A stretch of 64,000 nucleotides of DNA from positions 4,194 to 68,193 of the forward strand of contig CAWVSY010000012.1 in NCBI GenBank assembly GCA_963933055.1. The letters run 5' to 3'. Within the stretch, counting starts at the first letter, position 1, and every line of letters starts with the position of its first letter. Shown here piece by piece: positions 1 to 9,694 of this stretch. Made by a program: the position numbers and the translations under genes. A model generated the notes under the pieces. The model searched no databases, was not told the origin of the DNA, and worked only from the letters and a program-made list of their open reading frames with translations. The stretch comes from an uncultured Oleispira sp. (GTDB lineage Bacteria > Pseudomonadota > Gammaproteobacteria > Pseudomonadales > Oceanobacteraceae).

Positions 1-927
1 ACGGGTCGCAATTACTTTAATCGCTTCAGGTGCGGGTGTTGAAGAGCGCACCAGTTTGAAATAGTGTTTAGGTCTTTCGCTTTCAGTCTGCTGAGTAAAG
101 AGTGGCTGTGATGAAAAGTAAATATTCGCTAAAAACAAATGTTCGTAAATATAACGGCTGCTTAGCTGATACTTTAAAGAATCCTGATTTAAAAACGTTT
201 CCCACTGTATTACCTGATCGCTGATGTCTTTTGGCAAGGCTTTTTGGACGACCATAGGAGATCCTTGTTTCAGCCATTGAACGATACGATTATGTTCATC
301 ATTGGCGAGTGCCGGTAACCCATAAGGCATGCCCCATAAAGGCTGATCTTCAGCAAAGTATGGGAATTCATCAATGCTGGCACATTGCTGCTCTCTGGCT
401 AAACCAAATGAAAAATCATCATTTAATATACGCTCATCTGGTAGAGGGTGCTGTTTTTTCAACTGTAAGAATTGATAGATAAGGCTGCGTTCTAGATTGA
501 TGTCGGAAGTTTGATTGCGCTCGTTAAGGACATTAAAAAATCCTTTGCTGCGCCACTCATCAATACTGCTCGCATCAATCCCTAAACGGCTTGGCTCGCT
601 ATTTAGCATACGAGTTCCGTTGTATACCAGATCTTTACTCGCACCGCGTTCTATTCCTTCAGCCGAAGATAGCTTCAGCTGGCAAGGGGCATCATAGCAG
701 CCATGACAGACAACGCAGCGCTTATCAATCAGCGGCTGAACATCGTTTAAATAGGCTTGTCCTAATTCAGTATCTTGATGAACAGCGCGATCTGGCGGAT
801 TAACTTTGCCAAATAACTTATCCAGCTCAAAATAATCAATACTGATGGAGGCGCAACCGCCTAAGATGGCTGTTAATACTATGTATTTAGTGGTCGAGCT
901 AAGGCGGGAAAGCAGAGACTGGGTCAT
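1..927 (-). CDS. cti: Fatty acid cis/trans isomerase, N-terminal part (runs off window start)
   Basis: Manual translation from ATG at 927: MTQSLLSRLSSTTKYIVLTAILGGC...VQPLIDKRCVVCHGCYDAPCQLKLSS...WGMPYGLP...YIYEHLFLA; the CxxCH heme motif and following blocks are typical of Cti. Open to position 1; not in the ORF track. Confidence 0.92.
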   Translation of the reverse strand, partial: MTQSLLSRLSSTTKYIVLTAILGGCASISIDYFELDKLFGKVNPPDRAVHQDTELGQAYLNDVQPLIDKRCVVCHGCYDAPCQLKLSSAEGIERGASKDLVYNGTRMLNSEPSRLGIDASSIDEWRSKGFFNVLNERNQTSDINLERSLIYQFLQLKKQHPLPDERILNDDFSFGLAREQQCASIDEFPYFAEDQPLWGMPYGLPALANDEHNRIVQWLKQGSPMVVQKALPKDISDQVIQWETFLNQDSLKYQLSSRYIYEHLFLANIYFSSQPLFTQQTESERPKHYFKLVRSSTPAPEAIKVIATR

Positions 928-976
928 GATAAATGTAGACTGTGACAAATAGAGGCTTGCAGAATAGCAAAGTTAG

Positions 977-2029
977 TTAACGAGTTAAACAGACGGCATT
1001 AAATCCTGCTTCCATCATAATGTAAGCGGCAACTTCACTGCGGCGACCACCATCGCAACAAATCACGTATTGAAAATCATGATTTAAGCTCTTTAGCTTC
1101 TCTCGTAAATGATTAAGAGGAACATTATCACTGCCTTTTAAGCGGTCATGGCGAAACTCTTGAGGATGGCGAACATCAATCAAAACCGTTCCCGAATCTC
1201 CTTCTTCCATGTGAGTTTGTAATTGATTGATGGTAATTGACCTAATTGTAGGCTTTTTTAGTAGCTCATCAAAATCTTCTTTGCCTAATAACATAAGTGA
1301 GCCATTGCTCGCCATTGTTACCGTCGCATTACGCTCACTGCCAGAGATTAGAGCATCTTCGCCAAAACAATCCCCCGTTTGAATCGCCGCTACCGTCTTT
1401 TCTTTATGGCCTTCGCCTTGGGTAACAATGGCTCGGCCGTCTTTAATCACGAAAAAATCGTCACCATGGTCGTGTTCTTTCACGATAACCTCACCAAGAG
1501 AGACTTCTTTTTCTTGAAAACGAATAAGTAACGTTTGAATATTGGCCGCGGGTATTTTGGCAAATAAAGGCGAGCGTAAAAGGGCGTCCATCCAATCAAG
1601 GCTTTCTATTTCTTCAGCAGAGTCCTCAGCATTCATCTCGGCTTCATGATCTTCTAAATCTTCAGCAAGCTGCGACCAAGTTGTGACTAAATCAAGGTAA
1701 TCACGGTTGATGCTATAAATCTGGCAAGGGCTGGTCGTAATCGCTGAAGTACGATGAATTTTAGAGCTATTATCAAGTGCTAAGTAGTTATCATCACTGT
1801 TTGCCGTGACTTTATTAACATTGAAATTCTCATCGGCAAGATCGATATCCCCTTGTATAAGAAAATGACACTCAGGGTCTTCGCTGCCACGCTTAAATAC
1901 CAGCTTTCCTTTATCAAGTTCTTGAATCCGAAACTTACTCGCTAAATCATTGATACAAGCCGTGGTTAAATAATCAAAAGGAATAAATCCTTCTAGTTGC
2001 TTGATATCGATGTTACTGGATGCCGTCAT
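977..2029 (-). CDS. Two cyclic-nucleotide-binding domains plus C-terminal rhodanese domain protein
   Basis: Two cNMP-like repeats (LVFKRGSEDPECHFLIQG; GDCFGEDALISGSERNATV), then LIDVRHPQEF...VICCDGGRRS rhodanese-like motif. Confidence 0.85.
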   Translation of the reverse strand: MTASSNIDIKQLEGFIPFDYLTTACINDLASKFRIQELDKGKLVFKRGSEDPECHFLIQGDIDLADENFNVNKVTANSDDNYLALDNSSKIHRTSAITTSPCQIYSINRDYLDLVTTWSQLAEDLEDHEAEMNAEDSAEEIESLDWMDALLRSPLFAKIPAANIQTLLIRFQEKEVSLGEVIVKEHDHGDDFFVIKDGRAIVTQGEGHKEKTVAAIQTGDCFGEDALISGSERNATVTMASNGSLMLLGKEDFDELLKKPTIRSITINQLQTHMEEGDSGTVLIDVRHPQEFRHDRLKGSDNVPLNHLREKLKSLNHDFQYVICCDGGRRSEVAAYIMMEAGFNAVCLTR

Positions 2030-2105
2030 ATAACCTACTGCTTAAACATTGTTGATGTTTAAACTATAGCTAAAATTGAAAGCTTCGTACTTTAAGCTTG
2101 GTACT

Positions 2106-2810
2106 TTAAGAATTGTTGCGTTTAAACATATCCGGTGCGGCTAAATGATGAACCAGGTCTTTAGGGTGAATATGGGGGCTAAACGGAATTCGACCAAGAC
2201 AAGGTGCCTGGATATGCTGCTCTAAATAGTCAACGTTAGCTTCTTGTTCACTCATCTCAGGATCAATGTGATTGGCCACCCAGCCGATGATTGTGAGACC
2301 TGAGCTGAGAATCAATTGCTGAGTAAGCAATGCGTGGTTAATGCAGCCTAGCTTGATCCCAACGACTAAAATAATGTTATAGCCTTGCTGAGTGACTAAG
2401 TGCTGAGCAAGATCGGCTAGGGTTTCCTCATCGTTTAATGGCACCAGCCAGCCTCCTGCACCTTCGATCAAGTGAACATCAACGGGCTGCTGCAAGCTAC
2501 GCTCGCAGGTTTTTAAGACATCATTCACAGACAGTTTTTGCTGCTGTATTTGGGCTGCAATATGCGGAGCAATGGCTTGTGGAAGGGCAATCGGATTATG
2601 GCAGCTATAGGCTTGGCTCGGCTGACTGGCTGCTTGCAAGAATAAGGCATCATCATTCTGCCACTGGCCTTGGCGCCACTCACAACCCGCTGCGATAGGC
2701 TTCAGGCCGAAACAGCTAAGCCCCTCAGCTTGAGCCTTGTAGAGCAGAGTCGTAGCAACCAATGTTTTACCCGCATCGGTATCGGTGCCTGTGATAAATA
2801 ACTTATTCAT
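2106..2810 (-). CDS. bioD: Dethiobiotin synthetase
   Basis: LFITGTDTDAGKT, KPIAAG, IEGAGG, LGCINHALLT. Confidence 0.97.
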   Translation of the reverse strand: MNKLFITGTDTDAGKTLVATTLLYKAQAEGLSCFGLKPIAAGCEWRQGQWQNDDALFLQAASQPSQAYSCHNPIALPQAIAPHIAAQIQQQKLSVNDVLKTCERSLQQPVDVHLIEGAGGWLVPLNDEETLADLAQHLVTQQGYNIILVVGIKLGCINHALLTQQLILSSGLTIIGWVANHIDPEMSEQEANVDYLEQHIQAPCLGRIPFSPHIHPKDLVHHLAAPDMFKRNNS

Positions 2811-3679
2811 ATCTGCTGGAGTCCTAAATTATCTCTTTTGCGGGCAACGACCCAAATTAAATCATACGTCAGGGGCAAATAAGCAGATTGCAATCGATAG
2901 GCTTGTTCGAGTTGGCGTAGGCGTTCACGGCCACCCAAACCGGGACGTCGGCCAGGATTGACGTTGGTCGCACCGATGGCTTTGAGCTCTTTTAATAATG
3001 AAGTAAGGTTCGAGTGATGCTGCACAACGTCTTGCTGCTGTAAGGATTCAATCTCAAAAAAACGTTCGCACAGAGTGACCAAATTAGCGCTGTCATCAAA
3101 TTCATTTACATGGGTAAAAGGATCAACGGCCTGCCAAGCCTGCTTTAATTCAAACATTGTTTTTGGCCCGAGCGTAGCAAAAGCAAATAATCCCCCTGGT
3201 TTTATGACTCGGTGCGCTTCATAAAACAAGTCGCTTAATTGCTCGCTCCATTGAATCATTAAATTGGAATAAATGCCGTCAAAGCTGCCTTGAGCAAAAG
3301 GTAGATTTTCGGCGTCGCAGGTAATTGATTGAAAAGGCAATTGGGTCAGTTTTTCTTCGCTGGCCAAACACATTTCATGGGCTAGGTCAGCGCCAATAAC
3401 GTGCTGTGCACCTTGACGAATTAGATCAGACACAGCGAAACCCGTGCCGCAGCCCAAATCTAACCAAGTCCCCGTCATAGGGGTCTGCTTGCTCTTCTGA
3501 ATAAACTGTAATTGCTGATGTAATTCTAACGCTGAAAAATGCTGTATGCGTGCAGCGTCATCATAAGTCCGTGCAGCACGATTGAACTGGCTAGCGACTT
3601 GCTGTTTTTTTCTTAACGGTTTTGTTATTGGATGCTGTGTTATTAGCGGCTTTTGGTTTAATAAAGGTAAGTTGCTCAT
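2807..3679 (-). CDS. bioC: Malonyl-ACP O-methyltransferase
   Basis: VASQFNRAARTYD, LDLGCGTG SAM motif, position in bio operon. Confidence 0.95.
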   Translation of the reverse strand: MSNLPLLNQKPLITQHPITKPLRKKQQVASQFNRAARTYDDAARIQHFSALELHQQLQFIQKSKQTPMTGTWLDLGCGTGFAVSDLIRQGAQHVIGADLAHEMCLASEEKLTQLPFQSITCDAENLPFAQGSFDGIYSNLMIQWSEQLSDLFYEAHRVIKPGGLFAFATLGPKTMFELKQAWQAVDPFTHVNEFDDSANLVTLCERFFEIESLQQQDVVQHHSNLTSLLKELKAIGATNVNPGRRPGLGGRERLRQLEQAYRLQSAYLPLTYDLIWVVARKRDNLGLQQI

Positions 3680-4376
3680 AAATATTTAAAAGATGTTCCT
3701 TAATGATATCAGGGTGCTGAATGAAAAGTGCATGGCAAGCATTGGGGATTAATTCATAGTGACCCTGGTCGTGGCTATGAGGTGCCGCGACAAGCGCATC
3801 TTTTTCGGCAAATAAATGTAAGCAAAGACACTGGGTTTTATTCATGGCGGTGAAATCATATTGATCTAGCCATAATAATTGATGCGATAACGCATCGCTG
3901 GGTTCTAATTGCTGGTGAGCTAAGAAGCGAATAATGGCTTTCGGCTGGTCGATACCTTGAGCGTTAAGGGCTAAAAAACGATATTGAGTTTTTTTCGCAT
4001 GTTCCTGAAAGGCAGATACAAAGCCATCAAAGCGAGCTTGTGACATGCCATAAGGCCACTGTTTCGCGCGGCAGAACTTTGCGGGTGTTGCTAATGTGAT
4101 GAGAGCCGCAGGGGCTGGCTGACAATGTGCCACCGCTTCGGCAATGGCGCCTCCTAATGACCAGCCTACTAAAATAGGGTTTTTAGGTAAGTACTCACAT
4201 ACCTCAGAAACTGCTTGATCAAAGGTTTTTGCATCAGACCAGCGGTACCAATAATGCTGGCCGGGTAAATTATGGGCAAGCTCGGCAAATACTTCGGCTT
4301 TAAATCCCCAGCCAGGAAACCAAACCCATACTTGGTCAGATTCGCAGGTAGAAGCAAAAGCAAATTCAAGCACCAT
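3591..4376 (-). CDS. bioH: Pimeloyl-ACP methyl ester esterase (alpha/beta hydrolase)
   Basis: PGWG oxyanion loop, GWSLGG nucleophile elbow, terminal His; between bioF and bioC. Confidence 0.85.
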   Translation of the reverse strand: MVLEFAFASTCESDQVWVWFPGWGFKAEVFAELAHNLPGQHYWYRWSDAKTFDQAVSEVCEYLPKNPILVGWSLGGAIAEAVAHCQPAPAALITLATPAKFCRAKQWPYGMSQARFDGFVSAFQEHAKKTQYRFLALNAQGIDQPKAIIRFLAHQQLEPSDALSHQLLWLDQYDFTAMNKTQCLCLHLFAEKDALVAAPHSHDQGHYELIPNACHALFIQHPDIIKEHLLNIYEQLTFIKPKAANNTASNNKTVKKKTASR

Positions 4377-5577
4377 ATTCAGACTCCACTTCGCTTATGT
4401 TAAGTAGGGTGACTAGGCTGTTTAATAAATGATCGATGTCTTGTTTAGTATGGCTGGCAGTTAACGTTATGCGTAATCGAGCAGTACCTTTTGCTACGGT
4501 TGGAGGGCGAATAGCGGTGACTAACAGGCCTGCACGTTGTAACTGCTGGCTTAAGACTAATGCTTTGGCATCATCTTTAATCATTAATGGTTGAATGGCC
4601 GTCGTAGAAGGCAGGATGTTCAGCTGTAATGATTGAGCTTGCTGGCGAAAATAATGAATATTGTTGGCTAATATTTTTTGTCGCTCGCCGCTCATAACAA
4701 TCGCGAGGTTATTCTCCATTGCGACCGCTAATGCCGCCGGTAACGCGGTGGTATAGATGTAAGGGCGAGCAAATTGAATTAAATACTCAATCATCTCTTC
4801 AGAGCCGGCAACAAAAGCACCATAACCGCCTAACCCCTTACCAAGAGTGCCCATATAAATATCGACATCATGTGTGCAGAGGCCTTGTTCAGCCATACTT
4901 CCAGTATGTTGCTGATCGCCTAATACCGCGAAACCATGGGCATCATCAACCATCAACAGAGCATCAAATTGGCGGCATAACCTCGCCAGTTCAGCCAACG
5001 GTGCTTGATCGCCATCCATACTAAAAACGGCATCAGTAGCGACCAAAGATAATGAGTTATTGGATTTTGCTTGTTCTGGATTATGTTGTAAATTTTGCGT
5101 TAAAAAATGCTCTAAATGCGCAACATCGTTATGACGATAACGGCGCATTTGGGCATGGCTGAGCAAGCCGCCATCGATTAATGAAGCATGATTGAGTTTA
5201 TCTTGATAAAGAACATCATGGCGCTTTAATAGCGTCTGTAAAACGGCAAGGTTGGCCATATAGCCATTAGCAAAAAGCAAAGCCCGAGGGAAGCCAACCG
5301 ATTTAGCCAATGCGTTTTCGAGACTCTGGTGAGCCGCGCTGTGGCCAGAGACCAAGTGAGATGCGCCACTGCCCATCCCCCACGCTTTCGCGCCTGCGAT
5401 TAATGATTCAGACTGATGAGCCAAGCCTAAATAGTCATTACTGGAGAAATTCAATAGCGATTCACCATTAATAATTACCCGTGCCCCTTGTGGGCTGGCT
5501 AAATTGATACGTTGACGCCAAAGATTATTTTCTTTGCGCTGCTGAATCTCTTGTTGAATACGCTGATGCCAAGACAT
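4366..5577 (-). CDS. bioF: 8-amino-7-oxononanoate synthase
   Basis: FSSNDYLGL, GSGASHLVSGH, DKLNHASL, VDDAHG, GTLGKG PLP lysine. Confidence 0.97.
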   Translation of the reverse strand: MSWHQRIQQEIQQRKENNLWRQRINLASPQGARVIINGESLLNFSSNDYLGLAHQSESLIAGAKAWGMGSGASHLVSGHSAAHQSLENALAKSVGFPRALLFANGYMANLAVLQTLLKRHDVLYQDKLNHASLIDGGLLSHAQMRRYRHNDVAHLEHFLTQNLQHNPEQAKSNNSLSLVATDAVFSMDGDQAPLAELARLCRQFDALLMVDDAHGFAVLGDQQHTGSMAEQGLCTHDVDIYMGTLGKGLGGYGAFVAGSEEMIEYLIQFARPYIYTTALPAALAVAMENNLAIVMSGERQKILANNIHYFRQQAQSLQLNILPSTTAIQPLMIKDDAKALVLSQQLQRAGLLVTAIRPPTVAKGTARLRITLTASHTKQDIDHLLNSLVTLLNISEVESEYGA

Positions 5578-5641
5578 GCTAGTGAATGAATTCCAAGCTC
5601 GAATTAATAGAAGAGAATAATCATAATGCAGTAAATAAATC

Positions 5642-5672
5642 AGTCAACCTAGTTTGTTCTTGTTGGTTTACT
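5642..5672. promoter_or_regulatory. BirA (biotin repressor) operator
   Basis: AGTCAACC-N15-GGTTTACT, a near-perfect inverted repeat matching the TGTAAACC-N14-16-GGTTTACA gammaproteobacterial consensus, between divergent bioF and bioA. Confidence 0.8.
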
Positions 5673-5762
5673 AATGCCATTTTTAGTACACTGCTCATTC
5701 GCTGCTAACTGCGATAGCAAAAGTTCTGAGCCCAAATAGTAAGACGTAGAGAGAAAAACTCG

Positions 5763-7130
5763 ATGAACCTCCCTAAAAATAAACTGAAACATGATCCAAG
5801 CAGGACGATGTTTGCCCCTGAGTTTAATTTTCAAACCTCGGCCCAAGAGGCTCTGGCTTTTGATCGCCAACATATTTGGCACCCATACTCTTCTATGAAT
5901 TCCGCTAACAAAGAACAAGATGTCTGGCCAGTTGCGAGTGCCAAGGGTATTTATTTGACCCTCGCAGATGGCACTGAATTAATAGATGGCATGTCATCTT
6001 GGTGGAGTACCGTCCATGGCTATAGTCATCCAAGACTAGTGGCTGCAATCTGTGAGCAGGCGCAAACAATGTCTCATGTGATGTTCGGGGGTCTTACTCA
6101 TGAACCGGCCATCAATCTAGCGCAAAAGCTGGTGCAGCTAACCCCAGCAGGATTGGATAAAGTGTTTTTATCGGATTCAGGATCCGTTGCCGTTGAAGTC
6201 GCTGTCAAAATGGCCATCCAATATCAGCAGGCTCGAGGAAAAGCCAACAAAAGCAAACTGGTCGCATTAAAAAGCGGCTATCACGGCGATACCCTTGGCG
6301 CGATGTCGTTATGCGATCCAACAACGGGAATGCACCACCTGTTTAGCGGCATTTTAGCTCAGCAATATTTTGTCGCTCAGCCAGAAATTAGGTTTGATCA
6401 AGAATGGCAGGATAGTGACATTCAGCCATTGCGTTCATGCTTAGAAAAACACCATCAAACTATAGCCGCCTTAATACTAGAACCGATTGTTCAAGGGGCG
6501 GGTGGCATGCGTTTTTACCACCCTCAATACCTAGCGCAAGCGCGTATCTTGTGTGATAAGTACGACGTGCTTTTAATCGCCGATGAAATTGCTACCGGCT
6601 TTGGGCGCAGTGGAAAAATGTTCGCGTGTGAGCATGCCGATATTAGCCCAGATATTTTATGCGTCGGCAAAGCATTAACCGGAGGGCAAATGACCCTTGC
6701 GGCAACGCTAACCACAGAGCAGGTTGCGACAACCATTAGCGCAGGGGAAGCAGGGTGTTTTATGCACGGGCCAACGTTTATGGCCAATCCTCTGGCTTGC
6801 GCCGTGGCGAACGAAAGCTTAGCCTTATTAATCGATAACGATTGGCATCAACAAGTCTCGCGCCTAGAAAAAGGCTTGCTCAAAGGATTAGGGCCGGCTA
6901 ACGAACTGGATAGTGTGGCAGACGTGCGCATACTCGGAGCCATTGGGGTTATTGAAATGAAATCCCCTGTCGATATGAAGAAAATTCAGCCCGCCTGTAT
7001 TGAGCAAGGTATTTGGCTACGACCTTTTGGCAGGTTGGTCTACATAATGCCTGCCTATATAATGACTGACAAAGAGCTGGAAGAATTGACAGCTGGAATC
7101 CTAAAGGTCTTAAAGTCAGGGTTATTTTGA
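5763..7130 (+). CDS. bioA: Adenosylmethionine-8-amino-7-oxononanoate aminotransferase
   Basis: HIWHPYSSM, DGMSSWW, SDSGSVAVEVA, YHGDT, DEIATGFGR, GKALTGG; the start could also be ATG 5808. Confidence 0.97.
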   Translation: MNLPKNKLKHDPSRTMFAPEFNFQTSAQEALAFDRQHIWHPYSSMNSANKEQDVWPVASAKGIYLTLADGTELIDGMSSWWSTVHGYSHPRLVAAICEQAQTMSHVMFGGLTHEPAINLAQKLVQLTPAGLDKVFLSDSGSVAVEVAVKMAIQYQQARGKANKSKLVALKSGYHGDTLGAMSLCDPTTGMHHLFSGILAQQYFVAQPEIRFDQEWQDSDIQPLRSCLEKHHQTIAALILEPIVQGAGGMRFYHPQYLAQARILCDKYDVLLIADEIATGFGRSGKMFACEHADISPDILCVGKALTGGQMTLAATLTTEQVATTISAGEAGCFMHGPTFMANPLACAVANESLALLIDNDWHQQVSRLEKGLLKGLGPANELDSVADVRILGAIGVIEMKSPVDMKKIQPACIEQGIWLRPFGRLVYIMPAYIMTDKELEELTAGILKVLKSGLF

Positions 7131-7184
7131 CGAGAATTATTAATTTAAAGACTTAATTCGCAAAACTAGGGCTAAACTAAAAGG

Positions 7185-7220
7185 AATACAGCCGATCTGC
7201 CTGTGCTGTATTTATTCTTT
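7185..7220 (+). terminator. Possible intrinsic terminator after bioA
   Basis: AATACAGC / GCTGTATT stem followed by a T-rich tract. Confidence 0.4.
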
Positions 7221-7283
7221 AATAGGTACCTGATATTAAAGAGTACGAGTTAAACAGTGGTCCCGCTGTTTGCTCGGGTTTAG

Positions 7284-7335
7284 CTCTCGGGTTTACGACG
7301 TCGTCATCCCAACCGTAAGCTCGGGAGTTTTCTTT
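7284..7335 (+). terminator. 14-bp G-U-containing hairpin plus T tract upstream of the methyltransferase gene
   Basis: CTCTCGGGTTTACG (7284-7297) pairs with CGTAAGCTCGGGAG (7314-7327), followed by TTTTCTTT. Confidence 0.45.
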
Positions 7336-7402
7336 ACTTACATCCTGCCTCTTTTCGTAATAACATTAATATCATTTTAGATAGACTCAATGGCAACCAT
7401 TC

Positions 7403-8158
7403 ATGGCTATTATTTGGCAAGAAAAACGGGATGGCACTCATTATGAAGTGCGCAATGCAGGAAAAACGTTGCGTTTATATACCGATAAGGTTTTGCATAG
7501 CCAGTACAATTTTGAGAAAAAGCTCACCGGCAGTGTATGGGATTTATTATTTTTACCCGCACTGTGTTTAATGCGTACTAAACCACTACGCGTTCTCGTA
7601 TTAGGCGTGGGTGGTGGGGCCGTATTGCACATGATGGATGAATTTTTTGACTGTGAAAATATTACCGGCATCGAAATGAATGCAACGCATATCGAAATTG
7701 CAAAAAAATATTTTAAGTTAGATTCAAATACAATAAACCTAATCGAAGCCGATGCCATTACCTGGGTAGAAAACTATCAAACGACCCACCCTCGTGGTGG
7801 CAAGTTCGATGTTATTATTGATGATTTATTTTATGAAGAAGACGATGAGCCGATTAAAGTAGCGCCCCCTAATGCTACTTGGTTTTATCACTTATATAGC
7901 CTATTGAAACCCAATGGCATCATTATCATGAACTTTGTTGGTCGTCAAAGTGCCATGAGTGCCGCCCCCATTCATGATGACAGTGTTGCAAAATTATTAC
8001 CTTATGGCGTGCACTTAACAACACCACATTATGATAATCATGTATTGGCTTTTTCGCATCAAACATTACACGCCAATGACATTAGGCAATCAATAAACCG
8101 ACATGAAAAATTGAAGCACTTAAAAAGCTCACTGCGTTTTTCATGTCGATCTTGTTAG
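7403..8158 (+). CDS. Spermidine-synthase-like class I SAM-dependent methyltransferase
   Basis: VLVLGVGGGA, GIEMN, DAITWV, KFDVIIDDLF; exact activity unknown. Confidence 0.75.
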   Translation: MAIIWQEKRDGTHYEVRNAGKTLRLYTDKVLHSQYNFEKKLTGSVWDLLFLPALCLMRTKPLRVLVLGVGGGAVLHMMDEFFDCENITGIEMNATHIEIAKKYFKLDSNTINLIEADAITWVENYQTTHPRGGKFDVIIDDLFYEEDDEPIKVAPPNATWFYHLYSLLKPNGIIIMNFVGRQSAMSAAPIHDDSVAKLLPYGVHLTTPHYDNHVLAFSHQTLHANDIRQSINRHEKLKHLKSSLRFSCRSC

Positions 8159-8222
8159 CAAGGGATTTTTAGTAAATATTTTTTAGAAAAAAAGACAGTA
8201 AAAAAATAATAGGAAATTATCA

Positions 8223-8885
8223 ATGGAACACAGTTTTTGGCACAATAAATGGGATCTAAATCAAGTTGGTTTTCATCTGGATTATGTCCATCCAATATTG
8301 CAACGCAATCTTAAACTATTAGAGGTTAAGCCATTAGAGGTTAAAAAAGTATTTGTTCCCTTGTGTGGTAAAACCTTAGATATTGGTTATTTACTTGAAC
8401 AAGGTTATGACGTGGTCGCGGTTGAGCTGAGTGAAATTGCAATAAGCACTGTTTTTCAGCAGCTCGGACTTGAACCTGAAATACTCTCTTGGTCTCATGG
8501 AAAAATATATAAAGGAGATAGATTAACTATTTATGTGGGTGATTTTTTTGCGTTAACCCAACAGGATCTAGGAGAGTTAACCTGTGTTTATGATCGTGCA
8601 GCGTTAATTGCTTTACCAGAAGACATGCGTTTGCAATACGCGCAACATATCGCATCCATTACACAGCAAGCCCCTCAGCTTTTAATAACCCTAGATTATG
8701 ATCAAACCATTGCTGGTGGCCCTCCGTTTGCCGTTGCAACCCAAGAAGTCGAAGCGCTTTATGCTGAAACCTATACCCTCAAACTGTTAGAAGAAGCCGA
8801 TATTATTGAGCAAGAACCGCGATTTAAAGCCAAAGGTTTACCCAATTTTTATCAGCGTGGCTATCACCTGATTGCTAAAGCTTAG
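8223..8885 (+). CDS. tpm: Thiopurine S-methyltransferase
   Basis: FWHNKW...GFH, VFVPLCGKTLD, YDRAALIALP, GPPF. Confidence 0.93.
   Translation: MEHSFWHNKWDLNQVGFHLDYVHPILQRNLKLLEVKPLEVKKVFVPLCGKTLDIGYLLEQGYDVVAVELSEIAISTVFQQLGLEPEILSWSHGKIYKGDRLTIYVGDFFALTQQDLGELTCVYDRAALIALPEDMRLQYAQHIASITQQAPQLLITLDYDQTIAGGPPFAVATQEVEALYAETYTLKLLEEADIIEQEPRFKAKGLPNFYQRGYHLIAKA
8318..8344 (+). repeat. 15-bp-period in-frame duplication (LEVKP/LEVKK)
   Basis: ATTAGAGGTTAA at 8318-8329 and 8333-8344. Confidence 0.8.
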
Positions 8886-8896
8886 AAGGTTAAAGG

Positions 8897-9616
8897 TTAA
8901 AAAATAGAGACCGTCATAACCGTTAAATAACCCGGTTTTAGATAGCGCCATGTAATCTCTAAGTCCCAGATGTTAACCCCATATGAACGCTCAGGATCCG
9001 GTTTTTGATAAGCAGGCTTAGGATCTTGAGCCAACATTTGTTCAATCAGCTCTTTCACTGGCTGCTTTAACCTGATCGCATGAGTTTGTGCAGAGTTTAA
9101 CGCCTCCGGCATAAACTCCACTCGGCTTAACTCTGGGCTATCACTTGCCATATGGTTAACGGCAGTAGAAACGATATCGGCATAAGGCACATAGGGTTTG
9201 ATATCAACAATGGGCGTGCCATCTAACAAATCGATGCCAGAGATTTGTAAGCGACCCTTTTTAATACCCTCAAGTTTAACGACAGACAATCCAAGCGGAT
9301 TTGGCCTATGAGTAGCGCGGGTTGCAAATACCCCCATTTTTTTATTGCCCCCTAAGCGAGGAGGGCGTACCCGTAAACGGACTTCGTTTTCTTTGGGTAG
9401 CGCTTGATGAAAAATAAAGCTTAACCATAAGTGACTCACGTCTTCTAAACCTTCAATGGCGACCGGATCATCATAAGGAGGCAGTAGCTCAATTTCACCA
9501 CGAGCGGCAGGGGCTAAAGCAGGCTGGCGTGGAATGGCAAACTTCTCCTTAAAACACGAGTGGACAATACCAATGGGTTTAATTGTAAAGTCTGTAGGGT
9601 GCGAGTCGTTTGCCAT
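8897..9616 (-). CDS. tsaA: tRNA (N6-threonylcarbamoyladenosine(37)-N6)-methyltransferase TrmO
   Basis: KFAIPRQP, VRPPRLGGN, GVFATRATHRPNP, GIDLLDGTPIVDIKPY, LAQDPKPAY. Confidence 0.95.
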   Translation of the reverse strand: MANDSHPTDFTIKPIGIVHSCFKEKFAIPRQPALAPAARGEIELLPPYDDPVAIEGLEDVSHLWLSFIFHQALPKENEVRLRVRPPRLGGNKKMGVFATRATHRPNPLGLSVVKLEGIKKGRLQISGIDLLDGTPIVDIKPYVPYADIVSTAVNHMASDSPELSRVEFMPEALNSAQTHAIRLKQPVKELIEQMLAQDPKPAYQKPDPERSYGVNIWDLEITWRYLKPGYLTVMTVSIF

Positions 9617-9694
9617 GTTTTTAATTCTGAGAGTATTAGAAGGCTATTATTGCATACTCACGTGCTCTATTTTAACCCTCTTTAGTTTAGCTTT

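Noticed and set aside
83-803. ORF-track ORFs 83..277(-), 515..697(+), 591..803(+)
   Set aside because: They are alternative frames or antisense of the real cti gene (1..927, minus strand)
7403-8158. Spermidine-synthase-like gene as the polyamine source for the siderophore
   Set aside because: 18 kb away, no Fur box or speD nearby, and aminopropyltransferase-specific motifs are not convincing; more likely a generic methyltransferase
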